From Octopus vulgaris (Eukaryota), in contig OX597833.1 in the NCBI GenBank assembly GCA_951406725.2, positions 25,668,001-25,732,000 on the forward strand: a DNA stretch of 64,000 nt, in the 5' to 3' direction. This document shows, piece by piece, positions 56,602-64,000 of this stretch; position 1 is the first letter of the stretch; each line of letters starts with the position of its first letter. Under the pieces are notes generated by a model that had not been told where the DNA came from, did no database searches, and saw only the letters and a program-made list of their open reading frames with translations. Both the position numbers and the translations under genes were made by a program.

Positions 56602-57657
56602 AAATAATAATAATAATAATAATAATAGGTTCTTTTTATCCTTTTATTTCCTTGCGGCTATGCTGGAGCATCACGATTTAAGTTTTTACTCAATTAGATC
56701 GACACTATTACTTTTTTTCTAAAGTTTATTCCATTGCTCTCTCATAAACTATCGAACACAGGTTGGGAAAAAGTGATGTGTTGTAAAAACAGTCATATTC
56801 AAACACAGGCGACTGTAGAAGACTCATGCATAGAGCACTGCTTGAGTTGACTTAAAACGATACCAGAAGGTTAGGAAGCGAATTTCTTAATCACACAACT
56901 AAGCTTATCACAAGAATTTAGAAATTGTACATAACAAATCAATTGAAATATAAAATTCGAAGGCTGCTCAAGGGACACCAATGTTTCCTATAAGGGTGAC
57001 AGACATTCTACCATTCGAACAAATCATTCCTTTGAATTTCACTGTGCATTTTAGAAAATCTTTCTCACGAAATAAGTTGGGTTACATGTTATAATTAGCG
57101 CACTCAAGCTTTCCTATATACACTGTCACACACGAAGAAACAAACAGATACACACACACGTACGCACATACAGGGGGTGCATGACTGCGCGGGGATGGGG
57201 GTGTAGTTTAATTTATAGCTAAGAGTGCACAATCTAGTTCTGGTAGTTTCAGAGATGGGAAAATGACAGATGTAATTTGTAAAATTTCAGCTACAAAATT
57301 TTTTTAAAAAGGCATAAATTCTATTTCTTTCCTTGTGTACTTTATGTCTACCTTCTAAACACGAGTTTAGCTAATTATATAAGTATGTTTCTAGCTTTGT
57401 ATGTATATATGTAGGCAGGTAAGAAGCTAAGTATGTATGTTTGTATGTATGTGTGTGTATCTATGCCTGTATATATATGTGACAGATAGTGAATACACAG
57501 ACACACACACATATATATATATACATGTTATAATTAGCGCACTCAATCTTTCCTATACGCAAAGACACACAGACACATGCTCACATACTCACACACACAT
57601 AAATATTCATATTTAATTTTATTTATATATATGTGTGTATTTATATATATATATTTA

Positions 57658-57694
<37 letters not shown>

Positions 57695-57701
57695 TATATA
57701 T

Positions 57702-57736
<35 letters not shown>

Positions 57737-57852
57737 CGCATACACGGTCATTAGTTCTGTGTAGTAAGAGTCGTATCTGTATATATTTGTATATTTGTGT
57801 GCTCTATGCATGTATGCTTGCTTGCATGTATGCATCTATGCATGTATGTATT

Positions 57853-57883
<31 letters not shown>

Positions 57884-57888
57884 TTATA

Positions 57889-57972
<84 letters not shown>

Positions 57973-58399
57973 TATATGCACGTTTGTAAGTATATAGATA
58001 CGCACTAATCCATATACATATGTGCGCATGTATCTACATGTCCACTTAAGAGAACGCTATTTAATATCTGTCTTTTGCTCCTTTATTATTTCCGATAACA
58101 TACGTATATGTACACATGTATGCGTGCACGCTTGCGTATGTGTGTACATGTGTGAGAGTGTATCTCTAGGTATGTCTTTGTGTGTGTGACTGTGCGTGAC
58201 CAAGTGTATATCTTCGAGTGAACATATCCATAATTGCATAACTTCTCCATCACTTCAACGTTTATCACCTGTTTTCTATCATCTCATCAAATTAGATACA
58301 TTCTTTTACCAGTAATTATCTAATTAAGGCATTTCATATGAATATACACCTTCAAAATAAATTCCCTCGCTCCTTCATACTTTTTATTTTTTCTACTGA

Positions 58400-58795
58400 T
58401 ATCATCATCATCATCACCATCATCATCATCATTATTATTACTATTATTATTAGTATCATTATTACTGTTATTATTGTTGTTGTTGTTGTTATTATTGTTA
58501 TTGTTGTTGCTGTAGTTGTTGTTGTTGCTGCTGCTGTTGTAGCTATTGTTGTTGCTGTTGTTATAGTTATTCGTCACATTTAATCACGTATTTTTTTTTA
58601 ATGAACATTCTTATAATTGGTCGTTAGTATTTTTAGTATTACTAATGTTAAGGTTAGCTCGTTATGAATACCATTATTGCTACTACCACTACTGCTATTA
58701 TTACTACTACTACCGCCACACTACCACCACTAATAATAATAATGATAATAACAATAGCAGCAACAACAATAATGATGATGATGATGATGATGATG

Positions 58796-58856
<61 letters not shown>

Positions 58857-59044
58857 TGATGAGAAGAAGAAGAAGAAGAAGAAGAAGAAGAAGAAGAAGA
58901 ATATGAAGAAGAAGAAGAAAAAAGAAGAAGAATGGCACCCACATTTTTCATTTCATCTTTATTTGTACTGGTTCTATTTGGAGAGACATCAAATCAAAAA
59001 TAATAATAATAATAATAATAATGATAATAATAATAACAATAACA

Positions 59045-59112
<68 letters not shown>

Positions 59113-59130
59113 AAATATTTATAATAATAA
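58400..59130. repeat. Compound trinucleotide microsatellites (TTG/CAT/AAT/GAT/GAA)
   Basis: Direct inspection. Confidence 0.9.
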
Positions 59131-59564
59131 TACTGCATGAATTATGAGAAAAGGAAGATGAAAGAGAGAGAAGAAGAAGAAGAAATCAATAAAAACACGC
59201 AAAAGAAGTATTGGAAAAAAGGGAAGATGACATCATATACTAAAGGAGCCGAAGAATTAGACACATGAACAAAGACACTATCATACACAGTTCATATTTC
59301 ACACGAAAGTCAATCGATATCTTTAACTATTTATATATATTGTTAGATTAAGCACTAGCATTATATATATGTATATACGTACATACATACATATGTGTGT
59401 TTGTGTGTAAATATAAATACATATTTCTATATATCTAACCAAACATAGGCATATATATTATATATGTATATATACACACACACACACACACATACACATA
59501 TATATATATATATATATATATATGTGTATGTGTGTGTGTGTGTGTGTATCTATACATACATACT

Positions 59565-59665
<101 letters not shown>

Positions 59666-60169
59666 ATGTATATGTGAGTGTTGTGTATGTGTGCAGGTAT
59701 AATGTTAGTGCTTATATATATACACATACATACACATAGATATTCATTCGCATACATACATATAAGTACGCATGCAAAAGAAATATCTTTATGGGAATGT
59801 GTGCACATATGTATACGTGTATATGTGTATGTACGTATATGTGGATTCTATCATTTGCCGTTTAAATTTAAACTCTTTAAATATTAAATTGTCCATGAAT
59901 TTAATATTTCTTCGAGCACACCCGAAGTTGAAACTATTTTTATCGAGTGTCGTGATAAAAATTGTCAAGATTCCAGAGTTAATAGAATAATTAAAGAAAT
60001 TGCTAAACAGCAAAATATTATTATTATTATTATTATTAGTAGTAGTAGTAGTAGTAGTATTATCATCATTATTATTGTTCAGTGAAAATAGAAAATTTCT
60101 GCAGAGTATAACTTAAATGACAAGGATATATTCACAAAAACACGAACACAAGCACATATATATACATAT

Positions 60170-60360
60170 AGTAATTTTGAGGGAGGGGGTAAGTTGTATA
60201 CATCGACCCCGGTACTCAACCGGTACTTATTTTATCCACCTCGAAAGGATGAAAGGCAAAGTTGACCCCGGAGGAATTTGAGCTCAGGACTTGAAGACAG
60301 ACGAAATGCCGTCAAGCATTTAGCTCGGCGTGCTAACGATTCTGCCAGCTCACTGCCTTA
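60170..60360 (-). mobile_element. SINE family A
   Basis: gaaaggatgaaaggcaaagttgacccc...gctaacgattctgccagctc. Confidence 0.8.
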
Positions 60361-60636
60361 TATATATCTATAATATTGATGAGTAGATCAACTATTTCAG
60401 TTTTCTCGGGGACATTTTTCCGTGAGAGTTTTGCAAAGAGCTCAATGAAACAAGAAAAATAATCAAGTTTCGTAGCTATAGTATATAAATACGTAGAAAG
60501 AATTCATAAGAAATAACTCGTGGAAACATAAAAATATATATTACATTCAAATAAGCATACGTATCATAGATATCCTCTCACTGAAACCGTGCTTGTGGTG
60601 GAAAGTGCTGATACAATTATATATATATATATATAT

Positions 60637-60880
60637 CGTAGTCGCCCTTTTCAAGCCTAGCCAGGCTCATGGGCCCGGTTTCCCGGTTTCTGTGGTGTTC
60701 CCCGCAGCTGGACGGTCCATCCAGTGTAACTCAAGAAACAGGAAGAGAGAGTAAGGGAAAATTGTGGCGAAAGAGTACAACAAGGGTTACCCCCCCCCCC
60801 TGTCGGAGCCTAGTGGAGCTTTTAGGTGTTTTCACTCAATAAACCGCGATCCTCCGACCGCGAGTCCGCTGCTCTAACCG
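60637..60880 (-). mobile_element. SINE family C (tail type 3)
   Basis: Family C head (ggttagagcagcggactcgcgg) and body, with a different tail ...agaaaccgggaaaccgggcccatgagcctggctaggcttg. Confidence 0.7.
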
Positions 60881-61244
60881 AAGATCTGACGCGCCGCAGG
60901 TTGGCTATTAAGGGATAGTGTATCTACTATGCCCACTAGCCAGAGATTATGATTTGTATTTACAGCAAATATATTAACTTAACTGCATGTGTTATTATAT
61001 GAAGGTAGTCCTAGTAAGTGCTAAAGTGATACATGTGAAATGGTAAGATGTCTTTATCCCTTAAAAGGTGGGGAGTTTAACTGCTAGGCAGAAAGAAGGG
61101 GAATAGAAACATGTACCATGAAGGTATTGTTTAGTTGATAGCTCTTGAATATAAAACATGAGTAAGTAGAACAGAAGCATTTATAATAAATTAAACACAT
61201 GGAAAACTACTTCTCTACTGAATTGATTCTTTTATCTTTCAACT

Positions 61245-61490
61245 ATTCCTTGTTTCAGTCATTTGACTGTAGCCATGCCGGGGTACCACTTGAAGAGATT
61301 TTAGTCGAACAAATATAATTATTATATACGGTAGGCTTCTTTTAGTTTCCGCCTACCAAATTCACTCACAAGGCTTTGGTTGGTCCGAGGTTATAGTTGG
61401 AGACACTTGTCTAATGTACTACGCGGTGGGACTGAACCCGGAATCATGTGATTGGAAAGCAAGCTTCTTACCACACAGCCATGACTGCGC
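61245..61490 (-). mobile_element. SINE family B, internally deleted
   Basis: cttgtttcagtcatttgactg...gcaagcttcttaccacacagcc. Confidence 0.75.
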
Positions 61491-62144
61491 TTATTTCACG
61501 TTTTAATTTGGGAAAAATTCTGAACAGTTCAGTGGAATGTTTATTTTAATCAACAAAAGGACCCTCACAATAGCTTCTTCTATATAACCCGTCATCTGTC
61601 CACACAACATTCATTACAGAAAACACACATTCAACTGGTGCAGGAGTACTCAGGAAGACAAAGAATGTAGTCGACTACAATATTACGGTTTGCTGACTAA
61701 TATATGTCATTTATTAATATTTGTCAATCTTTGCAATGAGCAGCATAATTTGCTGCTTTTCTTCAAAATGAAGGATCCAAAATAGCAGAAATATGCATTT
61801 CAATGTTCCACCAATCCTGCTGGAAAATTTTCGCCTTCTATTTATGTTTTAGTGTTTTCAACGCTGTGCGTCTATCAGAGTAACTATCTCGGAACGAATA
61901 CTGCTGCTAATTAGGCGTTCAATGATACATCACAACTGTTTTAAGTGTGATACACAGATTGCTATTTTAAGCTAATACAGCTTTGTCACGCATACAGAAT
62001 ATTGTGTGCATGTGTGTGTGTCTGTGTGTGTGTGATTGATCAGTTTTATTTCAAGATTTCTTTCCAATAGAGAAAGAGTCAGTTTCTAACCTAGATTAAA
62101 GGCTCCTTCATTTGAATTTCAACACCAACAATAAGGTATTTTTG

Positions 62145-62300
62145 TATGCATGCATGCATGTATGTATGTATGTATGTATGTATGTATGTATGTATGTATG
62201 TATGTATGTATGTATGTATGTATGTATGTATGTATGTATGTATGTATGTATGTATGTATGTATGTATGTATGTATGTATGTATGTATGCATGTATGCATG
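62145..62300. repeat. (TATG)n tetranucleotide microsatellite
   Basis: Direct inspection; similar tracts near 38860 and 47680. Confidence 0.95.
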
Positions 62301-63182
62301 TAGAGTTGTATGTTTTGCTTTATATATGTATTTTCATGCATATAGTTGTATATCTAGACACGCTCTTATATATTTCTTGAAAGTTTTACAAATTTTTACA
62401 GTTCTAGTGATGGATTGGGTCTGTAGTCTTCGAATTAGTTTTCTCCTTTCTAGTTTTGCATGTATGTACGTATGTATATCCTAGAAAGAAAGAAGTGACA
62501 TCGAAAATTCTATCATCGTCTCAGAAGCTGCTTATTTCGGGAAACACATGACCCTAAATCAATGGCATATTTTCTCAGATGTTTGCAATTTATGGGAATT
62601 AAAGGTGACTCAACTAGTAAGCAATGGTTAGCATGAAATGTCTCCTTGATTATATTAATTAACTTCCGATACTTGTTAAACAATTTTTATTAAAAATATT
62701 TAAATTTTCTTACATTGCGAAGTGCTTTGAAAGAGTAATGGGCGTAAACACCACTAATTATTGGCAAGTACGTATATCGATCGGTGGTGAGTTGACTATA
62801 GAATCTTAGCTTCATTTGAATAAATCCAATAAAATCAAGACTTGATTAGATATACATACATACCTATAAACACACACATACATATACGTATATGTGTGTG
62901 TGTGTGTGTGTATGTGTGTGTGTATACATCATATATATATGGCATATAAATATTATGAATATATATATGTGGTGTGTGTAAATATATATACATATAGAGA
63001 GAGGGAGAAAAGAGGTGCGAGCGAGATGAGTAGGGTCATTGATACAGGCACATATTCCAGTGTGTGTATAGAAATATAGAAATATGTACGCATATGAATA
63101 TATGTATTTTTATATAAGTGTATAAATATACGTATATACATATACATATATATATATATGTATAAATATATATATATACACT

Positions 63183-63225
<43 letters not shown>

Positions 63226-63253
63226 TCATACATATATATATATATATATATAT

Positions 63254-63500
63254 CACCGTGACCGACCAGGCTATCAGATATTGCTACACATCGCTGGTCA
63301 CAATGCGCTTTGCATTGTTTTAGCCTTCAAGTAACGCCACCCTACTGGCTAAGCGAGCAGGCCAACAGAAAAAAGAGTGAAAGTTGTGGCGAAAGAGTAC
63401 AGCAAGGATCGCAACCCCCACCCCTGCCGGAGCATCGTGGAGCTTTAGTGGTTTTTGCTGAATAAACACTCACAACGCCCGGTCTGGAATCGAAACCGCG
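63254..63500 (-). mobile_element. SINE family C (tail type 2), 5'-truncated
   Basis: Reverse complement of 26950-27195. Confidence 0.8.
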
Positions 63501-64000
63501 ATAAATCCTAGAATCTATATCTATATATATATGAAAAATATAAACCTTTGGAAGCTAGAATAAACAAAACGACGTTTTATGGTTTGTCTATTTACTTCTA
63601 TCATGCCTGCATACACATATATACACATATATGTATATATACATACATAAACACATACATACATATATATATATTTATGAGTGTGTGTGTGTGTGTGTGT
63701 GCATATATGCGTATATATGTATATTTACACAGACATGACCGAAATAAATAGACAACGCATAAAATATCGTTTTATGTTTATTCTAATTTCCAAAGGTTTA
63801 TATTTTTTATTAATTGACTTTTATTTTTCAGGTTTTATATCTAACTATTTAACCATGCTATGTACAAAATAAAACCTTGGAACTGTCTGAATTCCAAACA
63901 GGCCGCATTGTGTGTCATTCTGAAGCTGGATATAGCGTAAATTTGCTGAAAATCTTGTGATCCTGCTTTCTACAGTTAAGAGTGATTACCCAATTCACCA

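Overview
Very AT-rich, microsatellite-dense eukaryotic DNA. The repeat families resemble those of coleoid cephalopods, probably Octopus (inference). I recognise no host protein-coding exon, so the window looks intronic or intergenic, and almost all ORFs in the track are (TA)n/(CA)n/(AAT)n artefacts. The only long ORF (51127-54165) is a near-intact R4/Dong-type non-LTR retrotransposon (RT, CCHC knuckle, restriction-like endonuclease). It sits in an (AAT)n tract with further same-orientation Dong-like fragments and a non-autonomous (AAT)n-targeted element. Also present: decayed Penelope-like elements (PLEs), a decayed mariner and two copies of a mariner deletion derivative, a non-autonomous Helitron nested in a SINE, three tRNA-type SINE families and a tRNA-Leu pseudogene. 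The most striking feature is a 352-bp, highly self-complementary repeat unit at 20227-21142 that carries an intact type I hammerhead ribozyme. It is arranged as one inverted copy plus about 1.6 tandem copies, inserted in (TA)n, and the inversion junction falls at the ribozyme GUC cleavage site. This is a candidate cephalopod retrozyme (circular-RNA retroelement). Several more intact or decayed hammerhead motifs and fold-back insertions in (TA)n tracts point to a PLE/ribozyme ecosystem across the window.
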